Positions 25,378-35,032 of a stretch of DNA of 64,000 bases are shown here, piece by piece. Origin of the DNA: a virus (Duplodnaviria > Heunggongvirae > Uroviricota > Caudoviricetes); IMG/VR virus record IMGVR_UViG_2851976983_000001, positions 32,001-96,000 of that record. One strand, 5' to 3'. Under the pieces are notes generated by a model that did not search any database, had not been told where the DNA came from, and worked only from the letters and a program-made list of their open reading frames with translations. How positions within the stretch are numbered: position 1 is the first letter of the stretch; the number at the start of each line of letters is the position of its first letter. Made by a program: the position numbers and the translations under genes.

Positions 25378-26559
25378 CTACACGAGTGACTCGATACCGA
25401 GCACTTTGCATTTTAACTCCAGCTGTTTGGAGTAAGGCTTGGCACGATAATAGGCTTTGAGGATCTGCTCTGGCGTCGCGTCGCCGGGGTCGAGACCTTC
25501 TTCGCCCAGACAGGCCACTTTGACATTTAGTCCGATGCTGGTGAGGCGTTTGGCCGCCGACATGGTGTTGCGGATCGCTTGCTTCTCGCTATCCCACATC
25601 ATGATGACGTTGCGTAATCCACGCGCCTTGAGCGTCAGGAACGCGCCCAACTGATCTTCAGCGTCCTCATTCATATTTCCGGACAAGTGCATCCCGAACG
25701 TGCCAATTGGCTCTACATAATCCCTCAGCGTCTTTTCGTCGAAGATGGCTCGCTTCACGCCCATTACGTCAAATGCCCCTTCACACACAACGACTGTTTG
25801 TTTCCCGACTGCGTTGTGGCCGTTGTAGAGAAACTTACCCGACGCCGGCAGCTGCATAGGGAAGAGATAACGGCGTTCTGCTGCACCGGTAATGTCACGC
25901 CCCTGGAAGGTCTTCATCACGCCATCCAGATCGTAAACCGGTATCAGGATGCGCATATCAAACACCTGCCCTTTGACCTGGTCTGTGTACGGATCGACGT
26001 ATGCGTGCTTGCCTTCGACGCAGTAACGCAGATCAAAGTATTTGGCCAGATCCGGGGAGATATGGCGCTCCACCAGATAATCAGGAAGACGACCGTCAAT
26101 GGGGAGTTCGTAATGTCGAGGGAGAGCTACTGGCCCTTCGAGTTCAACCTTGCTGGCCAGCACGACCTCTTCCTTCTTCGGCGCCCATCCTTGTGAGATC
26201 AGCGCGTTCTGCACATATTCCTCGAACTGTCGTCGTGATTTACCGCTGTAGTGCTTGAGGAAGACCAGCTTATTGAACTGAATCTCTTCGGGATGATCAC
26301 CAGCAAAGCATTTGCCGACGCCACTGGTCAGATTGAAATATACCTTCCAGTTGGAGCTGCCACATACCGGACACTCCTTGATATTCACTTCACGACCGCG
26401 AGCACTCACGCCTCCACGTCGATAAACGATACCTTCAGTGTCCAACCATTGTTCAAAATCTAATTCGGTAATTAGCTCTTTCAGCTCGCTCACGATAATT
26501 CCACTTTTAATAGGCAATATTGTGACCAACCTAAATGTTGATATAACATAAAGGCTCAT
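25378..26559 (-). CDS. DNA primase (zinc-ribbon + Toprim)
   Basis: CPVCGSSNWKVYFNLTSGVGKCFAGDH zinc ribbon; VVVCEGAFDVMGV Toprim-like; the track start 26631 lies inside a terminator hairpin so start is probably Met at 26559 or later. Confidence 0.7.
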   Translation of the reverse strand: MSLYVISTFRLVTILPIKSGIIVSELKELITELDFEQWLDTEGIVYRRGGVSARGREVNIKECPVCGSSNWKVYFNLTSGVGKCFAGDHPEEIQFNKLVFLKHYSGKSRRQFEEYVQNALISQGWAPKKEEVVLASKVELEGPVALPRHYELPIDGRLPDYLVERHISPDLAKYFDLRYCVEGKHAYVDPYTDQVKGQVFDMRILIPVYDLDGVMKTFQGRDITGAAERRYLFPMQLPASGKFLYNGHNAVGKQTVVVCEGAFDVMGVKRAIFDEKTLRDYVEPIGTFGMHLSGNMNEDAEDQLGAFLTLKARGLRNVIMMWDSEKQAIRNTMSAAKRLTSIGLNVKVACLGEEGLDPGDATPEQILKAYYRAKPYSKQLELKCKVLGIESLV

Positions 26560-26610
26560 GTGTTTTTCTTTTGTGGTTTGGCAAAAGAAAAGTTGTTTCA
26601 CCAATGAATC

Positions 26611-26643
26611 AAGCGTGGAGGTGTTCTCCACGCTTATTTTTTA
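26611..26643 (+). terminator. intrinsic terminator AAGCGTGGAG-GTGTTC-TCCACGCTT + ATTTTTT (plus-strand polarity)
   Basis: 9 bp stem then T-run on the plus strand, between two minus-strand genes. Confidence 0.6.
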
Positions 26644-27981
26644 GGTAACGTCTAAGATTCGCTCAATGAAGCGCATTTGTTCGAGTTTTTGTTTAACGCG
26701 AATGCTGATCCCTCCCTGCTGGTTACGTGAACCAGCAAAGTAGAGACGAGCCTCTCCTTTCGCTTCTTCTTCTTCGGTTTTGTTGATCGTTATTACCAGG
26801 TCAGCAATACGTACTTTTTCGATGTTGTCGGCGGCGTGCATCATTGTGGCAACTTCTGACGCGCCACCTTCACGGTTTGTCTGCGATGCCGTGATTCCAG
26901 CAACGTTATGTTTGTCATAAAGAGCACGTAAATCGGTGTAGATACTACGAATGTTGGCGCGATCATCACGAAGGTCATAACTGGCACGCATCAAATCTGC
27001 GTAGTCGACAACAACCATGTCAGGCACCATGCCGTTGGCTTTCATGCTGTTAAGCATACGGTCCAGATCTGCCGGTGACATACTTCCTGACGGACGCTCA
27101 ACCACCCACAAACTACCAATCCCCTTCGTGGCTCCCAACTCTGCCAACTTACGATGAACCTCATCGCGCCGTTCCACCAGCTTGGACATTTCCGTCTCCG
27201 ACAATCTTGCATCAAAACGGTCGGATAAAATGGTAGTGTGAACCTCCAGCGAGAGATACAGAACATTGTAGCCAGCAAGCGTTGCGTTTATGGAAAACTC
27301 ACCCATTGCGGTCGATTTACCGGATTTAGCGAACCCCATGAAGAGCACCATTTCACGCTTCGCCCAGCCTTTTTGGTACAGCAACCTATCGAGCAGAGGG
27401 AGTCCAGTTGTAATGCTGTTTGGCACATACTCCTCTGAAGCCTCATATTCACGCGCTTTCAATCGCTCACTTGCGGAGGTGTAGTAGTCATAGATTCCGG
27501 TCGCTTCGTTCGATCCAATCTGCTGAACCTTGGCCATGATTGCCATCGCCCCCTGAAAGTCGCCTTTCTCTTTCAGTTCAGCAGCCTTAATCAGAGCATC
27601 ATCAAACGCTACGCTTTTTGCGAAGGTTGATACCTGGTCAACCATGTACGAGGTATCGGACAATTTTTCTGCAAGGATGCGCTTAAACGCAGCAACAACA
27701 TCGGCGAATAGTTCCTCACGGATAGTCTTATCGCGTTTCGCACGCTTAAGCATATCCAGAATTGCAGATGAAGAGGGCGCGCTCTTGTACATACGGTAAT
27801 AGCCCGAAACCATATTAACCAATATGGCATTGGCCGCATTGGCAAATTGGCTAGGCACAACCAGATCTCCCGCACGAGTAAGAAACTCGTGATCACGACA
27901 AAAATATGCCGTCAGTCTGTTCTGGAAATCTTCATCAAACTCTTCGGACAGCCCGCGTCCTGTATGGCAAAGTTCGGTCAT
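26641..27981 (-). CDS. DnaB-like replicative helicase
   Basis: 446 aa; Walker A GFAKSGKSTAM; RecA-fold C-terminal region. Confidence 0.8.
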   Translation of the reverse strand: MTELCHTGRGLSEEFDEDFQNRLTAYFCRDHEFLTRAGDLVVPSQFANAANAILVNMVSGYYRMYKSAPSSSAILDMLKRAKRDKTIREELFADVVAAFKRILAEKLSDTSYMVDQVSTFAKSVAFDDALIKAAELKEKGDFQGAMAIMAKVQQIGSNEATGIYDYYTSASERLKAREYEASEEYVPNSITTGLPLLDRLLYQKGWAKREMVLFMGFAKSGKSTAMGEFSINATLAGYNVLYLSLEVHTTILSDRFDARLSETEMSKLVERRDEVHRKLAELGATKGIGSLWVVERPSGSMSPADLDRMLNSMKANGMVPDMVVVDYADLMRASYDLRDDRANIRSIYTDLRALYDKHNVAGITASQTNREGGASEVATMMHAADNIEKVRIADLVITINKTEEEEAKGEARLYFAGSRNQQGGISIRVKQKLEQMRFIERILDVT

Positions 27982-28024
27982 GTGCTTTCCTTTGTTTTTT
28001 AAACAAATTGTTTTCTAGTATTAG

Positions 28025-28765
28025 TTAATTAGATAGGGGATCAATAAACCGCCGTGCTTCTTCCAGTTCTTCTGGAAAGTGGGCGGAAATAAGGCGCTCT
28101 GGAACGATTTCCATTAGCCAGATAGCGGAGAAAATTGCGCGTATGCGCTTGCTGCGGGGGATGGTGCGTAAACGCTCCAGAATCCACTCAAAATAGCTTT
28201 CCTGGATCGGGTTGAACTGCATGTCTCCCATATGCTTAAAGCTAACCAGAGAGTCATCCAGACGGGTTGTTGCGCGTCTGGCTAATTTCTCTTCAAATAT
28301 CTCAATCAGTTCTGGCTGCCATAAATGCTGTGGGCGCGGCAGCTTGTCCCACAGCCGTCGTGCAGCTGCGGAAAGAACGGTGGAGATAAAGTAGTCGTAT
28401 GAGCAGCAATAGCGGTCAGCAAACTGGCGTGCTTTCCATAGAGACGTTTTATTGGCAGTCGACAACTCCTGATAAGGCAGGCGTTTTAACCCGGTGGTGA
28501 ACGGAGCTGTTTCAAAGTGTTCTCGACCGTGCGTCAGCATGATATTTGAGTACTGACGTTTGTATGCCTCCGTAAAAAGACAGGTGGCCATGAGAGGATG
28601 CATGTCGCGGTAATCAAACCACTTCGTCTCGAAGAGTTCAGCCTCGTCTTTACAGCGCGACAAACCAATGTTTTCAGCGACCCACTTGTCCATAACAGCG
28701 GTATTCCACTCTGTCATGAAGTCGTACTGGTCGTTGTCGATGGTATCGAAAAAGATTTGGCTCAT
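28025..28765 (-). CDS. hypothetical protein (246 aa), possibly replication-associated
   Basis: ORF track; directly upstream of helicase on the same strand. Confidence 0.45.
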   Translation of the reverse strand: MSQIFFDTIDNDQYDFMTEWNTAVMDKWVAENIGLSRCKDEAELFETKWFDYRDMHPLMATCLFTEAYKRQYSNIMLTHGREHFETAPFTTGLKRLPYQELSTANKTSLWKARQFADRYCCSYDYFISTVLSAAARRLWDKLPRPQHLWQPELIEIFEEKLARRATTRLDDSLVSFKHMGDMQFNPIQESYFEWILERLRTIPRSKRIRAIFSAIWLMEIVPERLISAHFPEELEEARRFIDPLSN

Positions 28766-28881
28766 GTGGCTCGCCTGGTAGGTAGTTACTTACTTATCAC
28801 AATGAGCGAATGATAGCGACTGGTGGCAGTTTTTGGAAGTGGAAACGGAAGGGAGTTGTTCTGGTGGTGTCTTTTAAAAGA

Positions 28882-28936
28882 CCTGCTTCCGTATATATTT
28901 AATAAGTTACTTATTATTTATATATACAGAAGCAGG
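28882..28936. repeat. about 55 bp imperfect palindrome (CCTGCTTC ... ATAAGT-T-ACTTAT ... GAAGCAGG)
   Basis: Nested symmetric elements, in the divergent region upstream of the GIY-YIG gene. Confidence 0.5.
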
Positions 28937-29047
28937 CATAACTTGTCGTCTTAGACGCCCAGAAGCTCTACACTTTGAGCCTGTTAAATTGATTAAAAAC
29001 TTATGTGTAAAATAGAACGCATTAGTCAGTAGCTAAGAGATGCAATA

Positions 29048-29815
29048 ATGGACGATTTATCGGTATACGCGAGATCATTGGATAAGGCTAAATACTATGT
29101 TTACTGTCTCTATGATACAGAAGACAAGATGAAAAGACCGTTTTACATAGGAAAAGGCAAATCGACTCGTTGTCTCGATCACATCAAGTATCCCGATGAC
29201 TCTCCCAAATCCATGCGGATCAAAGAACTTTTGGCTAATAAAAAATTAGGCATAGATATACTTCGTCATGGTATGGATGAAACCACAGCCAAACTTGTTG
29301 AGGCGACATGCATCGACCTTATGGGGGTCGGAGAGCTTACGAATAAGGTTCGAGGAAGTGGTTCCATGATGGGCAGAATATCACTGGACGCCTACCATCA
29401 CTTAGTGCTGCAAGAGGAAACTGAAATTGCTCCTGAGCACGCCGGTCTTGCCTTCCTGCTAAACAGCACCTACAAGTCAGGAATGTCCGCTCTGGCATTA
29501 TATGAAGCTACGCGTGGCGTATGGGCAAAGGTTCCAAGAGACGAGAATCTCAAATATGCCTACGCTACATATGGTGGGCTGATAATGGAAGTTTATCAGA
29601 TTGAATGCTGGGTCAAAGCCGGTTCTCAGCAGTACTTTACAAGGGATATAGCTCTTGGCCCCGACACAAAACGTTATGAATTTGTTGGCAGAATAGCCGA
29701 TGAGCATATTAGAAAACTGTATGTAGGCAAATTAATCAAGAAGCCACCAAGCTACGGTAGCCCTTTTGTGAAGGTTGGGGTGGTTAGGACTGAACATAGT
29801 GTTAGCGCGGCATAA
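29048..29815 (+). CDS. GIY-YIG nuclease-domain protein (homing-endonuclease-like)
   Basis: 255 aa; N-terminal YYVYCLYDTEDKMKRPFYIGKGKSTRCLDH matches the GIY-x10-YIG pattern with downstream Arg; C-terminal domain unassigned. Confidence 0.55.
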   Translation: MDDLSVYARSLDKAKYYVYCLYDTEDKMKRPFYIGKGKSTRCLDHIKYPDDSPKSMRIKELLANKKLGIDILRHGMDETTAKLVEATCIDLMGVGELTNKVRGSGSMMGRISLDAYHHLVLQEETEIAPEHAGLAFLLNSTYKSGMSALALYEATRGVWAKVPRDENLKYAYATYGGLIMEVYQIECWVKAGSQQYFTRDIALGPDTKRYEFVGRIADEHIRKLYVGKLIKKPPSYGSPFVKVGVVRTEHSVSAA

Positions 29816-29833
29816 AGCTGACACAGTAGTTAT

Positions 29834-29870
29834 GCATTGGCGCAACGTACGCGCCAATGCATGATTTTTA
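29834..29870 (+). terminator. intrinsic terminator GCATTGGCGC-AACGTAC-GCGCCAATGC + T-rich tail
   Basis: Perfect 10 bp stem directly after the GIY-YIG stop. Confidence 0.6.
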
Positions 29871-30227
29871 ACCTTTTTTCATCAACTCTCGTTTGATTTC
29901 ATCGGTACGCATCGTGACATCGGCAGCTGTGATCGCCTCGTTAAGTTTCACGATGTCCTCGATTTCCTGCGGTGACTTCTCTGCCAGATGGAAAATGGCT
30001 GCGCGAATCACGTCTGAACGGGTGAACTTCTCGAAGCGAGGGATGAACTTCATCATCTCCAGCAGTTCGAAGTATTCGTCCTCCAGTGACATTGTGCGGC
30101 TTTTAATTTTCTCTTTGCCACGAGTCGGGCGTCCCTGTGGTCTGACTGGTTGGCGCAAAGGAGTTGTGTTCTTAGCCGGTGCATCAGGCTCTTTGCGCTT
30201 TGCTAGGTCACCCATTTTCATGGACAT
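29868..30227 (-). CDS. small DNA-binding partition protein candidate (ParG/ParB-like)
   Basis: 119 aa, basic N-terminus; start/stop overlap with the upstream ParA gene. Confidence 0.45.
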   Translation of the reverse strand: MSMKMGDLAKRKEPDAPAKNTTPLRQPVRPQGRPTRGKEKIKSRTMSLEDEYFELLEMMKFIPRFEKFTRSDVIRAAIFHLAEKSPQEIEDIVKLNEAITAADVTMRTDEIKRELMKKG

Positions 30228-30895
30228 TATTCTTCTTCCTCCAGACTCAACAGATAATCTACAAATTCTTCAAACTCGGCTTCCGCCTTTTTGTCGCGCT
30301 CGCTACCGGTCATTTCAAAGATAGAACGACCAGACTCTTCCGCATCATCATAGACGTTGCGGTTATATAGATTGACTGGCGCAGACTCGATGCCAAACGT
30401 CTCAACAATCTCTTTAGCCGCCAGAATGCGAGACACTTGTGATGGCAAAGCCGGGCACTGGTTCATGACCGCGCGGACCTTCACTTTATCGTTTACATTA
30501 CGAACATTGTCGATAATAGGATCGATGTCACGCAGAGATTTCAAATCACGACGCTTAGGACGAAGCGGGATAATGATAACGTCGGCCATCAGCATCGCTT
30601 GTCGCTGAATTTCGGAGTCAAAGCCACCAGCATCTACCACTACATACTCAGCTCTACCCTGAAGCGATTTTAGGTGCTTAATGATGTCATCCTGAACGTA
30701 TGCAAAAGGAATCAGCTCAAGGTCTTCGTTCTGTCGACGGTCTTCACACCAGCTCGTTGTCGTGCGCTGAATATCTATATCGGTGATATAAACCTTCTTC
30801 TTCTTTTTGACTTTCAGGCAAACGGCAATTTGCTGGGCAACGGTGGATTTGCCAGGCCCGCCCTTTGTGCCGCCAACCACAAAGATCTTGGTCAT
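30227..30895 (-). CDS. parA: ParA-family partition ATPase
   Basis: 222 aa; deviant Walker A VVGGTKGGPGKST. Confidence 0.8.
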   Translation of the reverse strand: MTKIFVVGGTKGGPGKSTVAQQIAVCLKVKKKKKVYITDIDIQRTTTSWCEDRRQNEDLELIPFAYVQDDIIKHLKSLQGRAEYVVVDAGGFDSEIQRQAMLMADVIIIPLRPKRRDLKSLRDIDPIIDNVRNVNDKVKVRAVMNQCPALPSQVSRILAAKEIVETFGIESAPVNLYNRNVYDDAEESGRSIFEMTGSERDKKAEAEFEEFVDYLLSLEEEE

Positions 30896-31044
30896 TGGAG
30901 AGTTCCCTTTGCGTATATAATTATCGTCTGAAACAACTTGTTTTCTTATATGTGATATAGCCTAAATGCCTACGGCTGTGGTGTAAAGGTTAAATGGTAG
31001 GTGCTGCCTTAGAATTTTTAGGCGAGAATCAATGGCTGTTAACA

Positions 31045-31075
31045 AAAAAGGCGACCAAAGTCGCCTGATTTTTAA
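31045..31075. terminator. bidirectional terminator AGGCGAC-CAAA-GTCGCCT
   Basis: A-run before and T-run after the stem. Confidence 0.5.
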
Positions 31076-31824
31076 TCTTTTAGGTATAAACCTACTGGAG
31101 TTCTTGTTTTGCGGGAGATGATAAGTACGATAAATTTCTGAACGTTAACTTGCACTTTGTTTGGGAGCCAAGAGCTTAACTCTGCATCAAGCAACAATCC
31201 TCTGTTCCACGGCAAAAATCCGGTTTCTTTCCCCATCCCGTACTCGCCTAACACATCCTCGAACGTTTCTGTTTTGGCATTGTATATACGCACATCGCCG
31301 GTTCGCATGAGAGGCCCTGCCCAGATCTTAGCACCAGGAATGGTTTGTGTATCGTCGCAGACTAAATGCTCATACCAATGAAGAAGAAAGAGATAGGTAC
31401 GGTGACACAATCCTCGCTGACGACGCTCTCTGACAGTTTCGACACCAGCTACCTGGTAACATTCGATCTCATTACCGTCTTCAACAAAACTATATTCACG
31501 CAGAGCTATCCTACCAGCGATCGTATTTTTGTTTTCGTCCAGAAGCCCGGACTGGAGCACCTCTTTGATAATCTCTTCTTCAGGGGCATCTTCATCCGCT
31601 CGATCTAAGATGAATTCGCTCAGGTCGCCTTGGTCGCGCGCACCTACACGTTCCATAGAGACATACAGGCAAATGTCATCTTCTGGTTCAATGATTTCAA
31701 TTTCTGAGATTTTATAGAGGGAGGCTTCATTGATAAGAAAGCCAAAACGAACAACACGAGTCTCCCCTTTATGAGGAAACTCGCTTAGATCTTTTGAATA
31801 TGCGCTATCTAGTGTAGGAGCCAT
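31072..31824 (-). CDS. hypothetical protein (250 aa)
   Basis: ORF track. Confidence 0.45.
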   Translation of the reverse strand: MAPTLDSAYSKDLSEFPHKGETRVVRFGFLINEASLYKISEIEIIEPEDDICLYVSMERVGARDQGDLSEFILDRADEDAPEEEIIKEVLQSGLLDENKNTIAGRIALREYSFVEDGNEIECYQVAGVETVRERRQRGLCHRTYLFLLHWYEHLVCDDTQTIPGAKIWAGPLMRTGDVRIYNAKTETFEDVLGEYGMGKETGFLPWNRGLLLDAELSSWLPNKVQVNVQKFIVLIISRKTRTPVGLYLKD

Positions 31825-32192
31825 TTTGTAGCAGAATCATCAGCCTTAACCGTGCTGACAATGCTACCATGATTGCGTAAGAAGCGGCGAATAGAATGTT
31901 CAATAACCTCCGAAAAAGCCTCGATAAAACGAGACAGCTCAGGGTACTGTTTAGCTGGCTTGACTACAAAACGAACACGACCATTCAGGTAAATTGCTTC
32001 AGCTAATGGCTTCACGCTTGCACCAGCGCGCTCAACATCGTCTTTGAAGGTAACGATGAAGCGTGAGTCTTCCGGTTCAATAGCGTCATTATTGAGCTTA
32101 CGTACTTCAAGCTTGTGCTGATTCAGCACATGAGTCTCGATAATACTCGTGCAATCGCGAATAGTTTGTATAGAACGTTTCTCGTTCAGCAT
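31809..32192 (-). CDS. hypothetical protein (127 aa)
   Basis: ORF track. Confidence 0.45.
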   Translation of the reverse strand: MLNEKRSIQTIRDCTSIIETHVLNQHKLEVRKLNNDAIEPEDSRFIVTFKDDVERAGASVKPLAEAIYLNGRVRFVVKPAKQYPELSRFIEAFSEVIEHSIRRFLRNHGSIVSTVKADDSATKWLLH

Positions 32193-32416
32193 GTGTCCAC
32201 CTTAGCCGTTAACACAAGTGTCATTGCGGCACCCCTCTCGGGGTTGAAGGCTACGAGGATGCGTAGCCTGTATGTGCCCACTTACGTGGATGCCTAATAA
32301 ATCTACATCAAATTACTAAATGATTCAACATGAGCTTGAGTGAACAGGCGTGTATATGAGTGAAGATGCCATCTTTAGGATAAAAGGTAAACTGAGACCA
32401 CTCATCAATCATCGCC

Positions 32417-32644
32417 TCAGTTCAGGTGCCCCCACTCACACAGCCTTTCACCTATCGTATTGTGGATAAGCAACTGTCGCTCCGTTTCCTCAGTCATAAA
32501 ATCCTCTCTACTCACATAGATAGGATTTGCAGCATCGCAGAATAGCACGCCTGGAGCCTGCGTCTTAATCACGCACCCATTTATCAAGCAGCTCGCGATG
32601 AACACCAGAGGCATCTTTTTGCCGCACTTCATTAACCGTTTCAT
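32417..32644 (-). CDS. o-spanin candidate (small lipoprotein, overlaps i-spanin in another frame)
   Basis: Internal start MKRLMKCGKKMPLVFIASC with lipobox-like IASC; overlaps the 3' part of the i-spanin ORF. Confidence 0.4.
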   Translation of the reverse strand: MKRLMKCGKKMPLVFIASCLINGCVIKTQAPGVLFCDAANPIYVSREDFMTEETERQLLIHNTIGERLCEWGHLN

Positions 32645-32816
32645 TTTTGACATCCACTGTGCTTTGAAGTCGTTTTCTGTCTTCCTGTTTTGCCTTCTCT
32701 TCCATTGCTCGTCGCGCCGCATTTCCGCCCATCGTGTAAGCGCCGACAAGAACGAAAAGAACGGCAGCCAGCGTAATCAAAGCAACTTTTAGCTTTGTCA
32801 TCAGGCTGCCTAGCAT
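32565..32816 (-). CDS. i-spanin candidate (N-terminal TM + charged periplasmic region)
   Basis: 83 aa; TM LKVALITLAAVLFVLVGAY then Arg/Glu/Lys-rich segment. Confidence 0.45.
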   Translation of the reverse strand: MLGSLMTKLKVALITLAAVLFVLVGAYTMGGNAARRAMEEKAKQEDRKRLQSTVDVKNETVNEVRQKDASGVHRELLDKWVRD

Positions 32817-32817
32817 A

Positions 32818-33537
32818 TTAGACCATCCCTTTCTGGTGTCTTCTTACCTGCGACCAGGCGATAAATCCAGCCACAACAATAGTGGCAATACCGAAGATGA
32901 TGCGTACTGTATCCCCGCTAGAGATATGACCTTGTGCTTTATCCATAGCAGCGGAAACCTGCGGCATAACATCTGCCAGCTGCGCCAGACCAATACCTGC
33001 TGTAACAGTTGCGCCAGCGGTTTCTTTAGTTACAGGAACAGCCTTCACGGTTTTCACCGGCTTAACGACGCCAGCTCGACGCAGACCTTCCTCAATAACT
33101 TCTGCCGCATACCAGGTGTTCAGCGTTTTTAGTGGACCTCGACCATTCTCGTGGCGAATGATTGCCTCAACCAAAGGTCGAAGGATGTCGTAATCATGCA
33201 GATCGATGATCATGTCTGCGGTTACACCAACGGCTTTAGACACCTCATTAATGTAGGCGTCAGTGTTGTTTTCATTCGGCGGTGCCCAACGTTCAATAAC
33301 TTCACGAATGGTATCGATACTTGAGCCGTCTTTTGCGCGACGTTTGTCGTGGTAGGTAATTAGAGTCACCGCCAGCGCACGAATCCCCCAAACAGGGTCT
33401 TTAAACGTGCAAAAGCGCGGTTCGTCTGGATTCGCAACCAGACCTTGCCACGGTGATCCTTTATCAAGATTACCGGGGTTATTATTACGAATGCCTCTCG
33501 GAGTCTTCATCCTTGATCTCCTGTTATTGCAGTCCAT
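32818..33537 (-). CDS. putative endolysin with C-terminal hydrophobic segment
   Basis: 239 aa; N-terminal GIRNNNPGNL motif recalled from phage lysins; C-terminal IIFGIATIVVAGFIAW; position in lysis cassette. Confidence 0.4.
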   Translation of the reverse strand: MDCNNRRSRMKTPRGIRNNNPGNLDKGSPWQGLVANPDEPRFCTFKDPVWGIRALAVTLITYHDKRRAKDGSSIDTIREVIERWAPPNENNTDAYINEVSKAVGVTADMIIDLHDYDILRPLVEAIIRHENGRGPLKTLNTWYAAEVIEEGLRRAGVVKPVKTVKAVPVTKETAGATVTAGIGLAQLADVMPQVSAAMDKAQGHISSGDTVRIIFGIATIVVAGFIAWSQVRRHQKGMV

Positions 33538-33859
33538 TTTTTACGCCATACGCGGCTAACCCCAAAAGCAGTGCAGTAATAATGAACGACGTTATTTTAG
33601 AAACAATGCCGCCAAAGAACCCACTGGAGATGGAATCTAACCGGTTAAGGAGCTTGTCCAGGTTGGAGTGTTGAATACTATGTTGCGCTGGGGTCATATC
33701 ACCAAAGTAGGTTTTCAGCTGATCATTGACCTCCTGGCCAATTTCTTCACGTAGCTCTTTGCCTAATTTGCCAACAACCTCCCGAGCAACGATCGCGGCA
33801 ATACGCTCAACTTGCTCTGTTGTAACGCCCGCCATCTCGTTCGACATGTTTTCCTCCAT
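33524..33859 (-). CDS. holin-like membrane protein candidate
   Basis: 111 aa with single C-terminal TM ITSFIITALLLGLAAYGV. Confidence 0.3.
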   Translation of the reverse strand: MEENMSNEMAGVTTEQVERIAAIVAREVVGKLGKELREEIGQEVNDQLKTYFGDMTPAQHSIQHSNLDKLLNRLDSISSGFFGGIVSKITSFIITALLLGLAAYGVKNGLQ

Positions 33860-33925
33860 GAAAAGTCAAATCGGGATGGCGGATTTATATCACATTTCAC
33901 CCTTTTGTTGTAGGTGTGTACTTAC

Positions 33926-34162
33926 CTACCATTCAGCATTGCAACGGACTGATGAGAAAGCACCTACTCCTACCCATCGCCAGTTATAGATGCTACCCGC
34001 TTTGTATAAGGTATAGTCGTTCACTTTTTTAACAGCATATATGGGTATGACTGTCTCCTGTCCACCAATGATAGCCTCACCATAACATATAGGTGTCGGC
34101 AATTTCTGGCAGCCAGTAAGAGAGAGAACAACAGCTATTGTTAGAAATAATCTTTTCATCAT
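33926..34162 (-). CDS. small lipoprotein (Cor-like superinfection-exclusion candidate)
   Basis: 78 aa; MMKRLFLTIAVVLSLTGC lipobox; immediately downstream of tail fibre genes. Confidence 0.45.
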   Translation of the reverse strand: MMKRLFLTIAVVLSLTGCQKLPTPICYGEAIIGGQETVIPIYAVKKVNDYTLYKAGSIYNWRWVGVGAFSSVRCNAEW

Positions 34163-34169
34163 TTACTCA

Positions 34170-34778
34170 TCAGTTATACAGATTTCTATTTATTACCGGT
34201 ACTCTGCCATTTACGCTAAAACTATGGCCGCCATTAAGTTGGTTTACGAATATAGAGCTAACAGTATTTCCATATGCCGCATATCCATAAACCATTGTCA
34301 TGGCCCCGCCCGGTACTGGAACCGCGAACACATTTGCATATGTTGGGATTATCGCTGGCGGGTAATCAAAAACATGCCCTCCAGAACTGTTCCACTCCGT
34401 ATTATTAAGAAAGGTAAATGAAAGTGGGATATTTGCCGTATTATAGATCTCCTCTCCTCGCGCATTGAAAAAACTCATGCCCCAAGTTTCTTTTTTGGCT
34501 ATACCTTTCGAAAATACGTATATCGTGGCACTAGAGTCGCTACCCTGACCTCCGAAACTGTAAATCACCTGGTTGTTACGCACTATTCTGTTGGCTATTA
34601 ATGAAACAGCTTTCGAATAGGAAACAAAAATCATCGGTGAACGATCTGGAGATATTTGGGTGTTAAACTCTGTCCCGCCAGACAAAGAAACAACCTGCTT
34701 TCTCTGAAAAACGATAGGAGACAAAGAAGGAGACATCCAGACCTTCCCGTCAGATCGATATATCTTGCTTCCGTACAT
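34170..34778 (-). CDS. hypothetical tail-fibre-associated protein (202 aa)
   Basis: ORF track; start overlaps the upstream stop (TAATG). Confidence 0.4.
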   Translation of the reverse strand: MYGSKIYRSDGKVWMSPSLSPIVFQRKQVVSLSGGTEFNTQISPDRSPMIFVSYSKAVSLIANRIVRNNQVIYSFGGQGSDSSATIYVFSKGIAKKETWGMSFFNARGEEIYNTANIPLSFTFLNNTEWNSSGGHVFDYPPAIIPTYANVFAVPVPGGAMTMVYGYAAYGNTVSSIFVNQLNGGHSFSVNGRVPVINRNLYN

Positions 34779-35032
34779 TATTTTTGAAAAACCAATATGT
34801 TTAAATTGCCACTAGCTCCAGACCATGAAATGGTATTTCCAGAAACCGTAAGACTTGTGTATTTCCCATTGGTTACGTCCATTATGTAATAGTCGATTCC
34901 CAATCCCGCCTCAACCTCATATGTTCTACTTCCAGAACCAGAGGGAGTAAAATAATCGAGGTAATAAACAGGGGCCAACGCATCGACCATCTCCTGTCTT
35001 GATGGCGACCATACCTGTGCACCATAGCTCAT
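34778..35032 (-). CDS. hypothetical protein (84 aa), coupled to downstream gene
   Basis: ORF track. Confidence 0.4.
   Translation of the reverse strand: MSYGAQVWSPSRQEMVDALAPVYYLDYFTPSGSGSRTYEVEAGLGIDYYIMDVTNGKYTSLTVSGNTISWSGASGNLNILVFQK

Noticed and set aside
30896-31044. Possible partition centromere (iterons) upstream of parA
   Set aside because: I could not identify convincing direct repeats by eye; left unannotated
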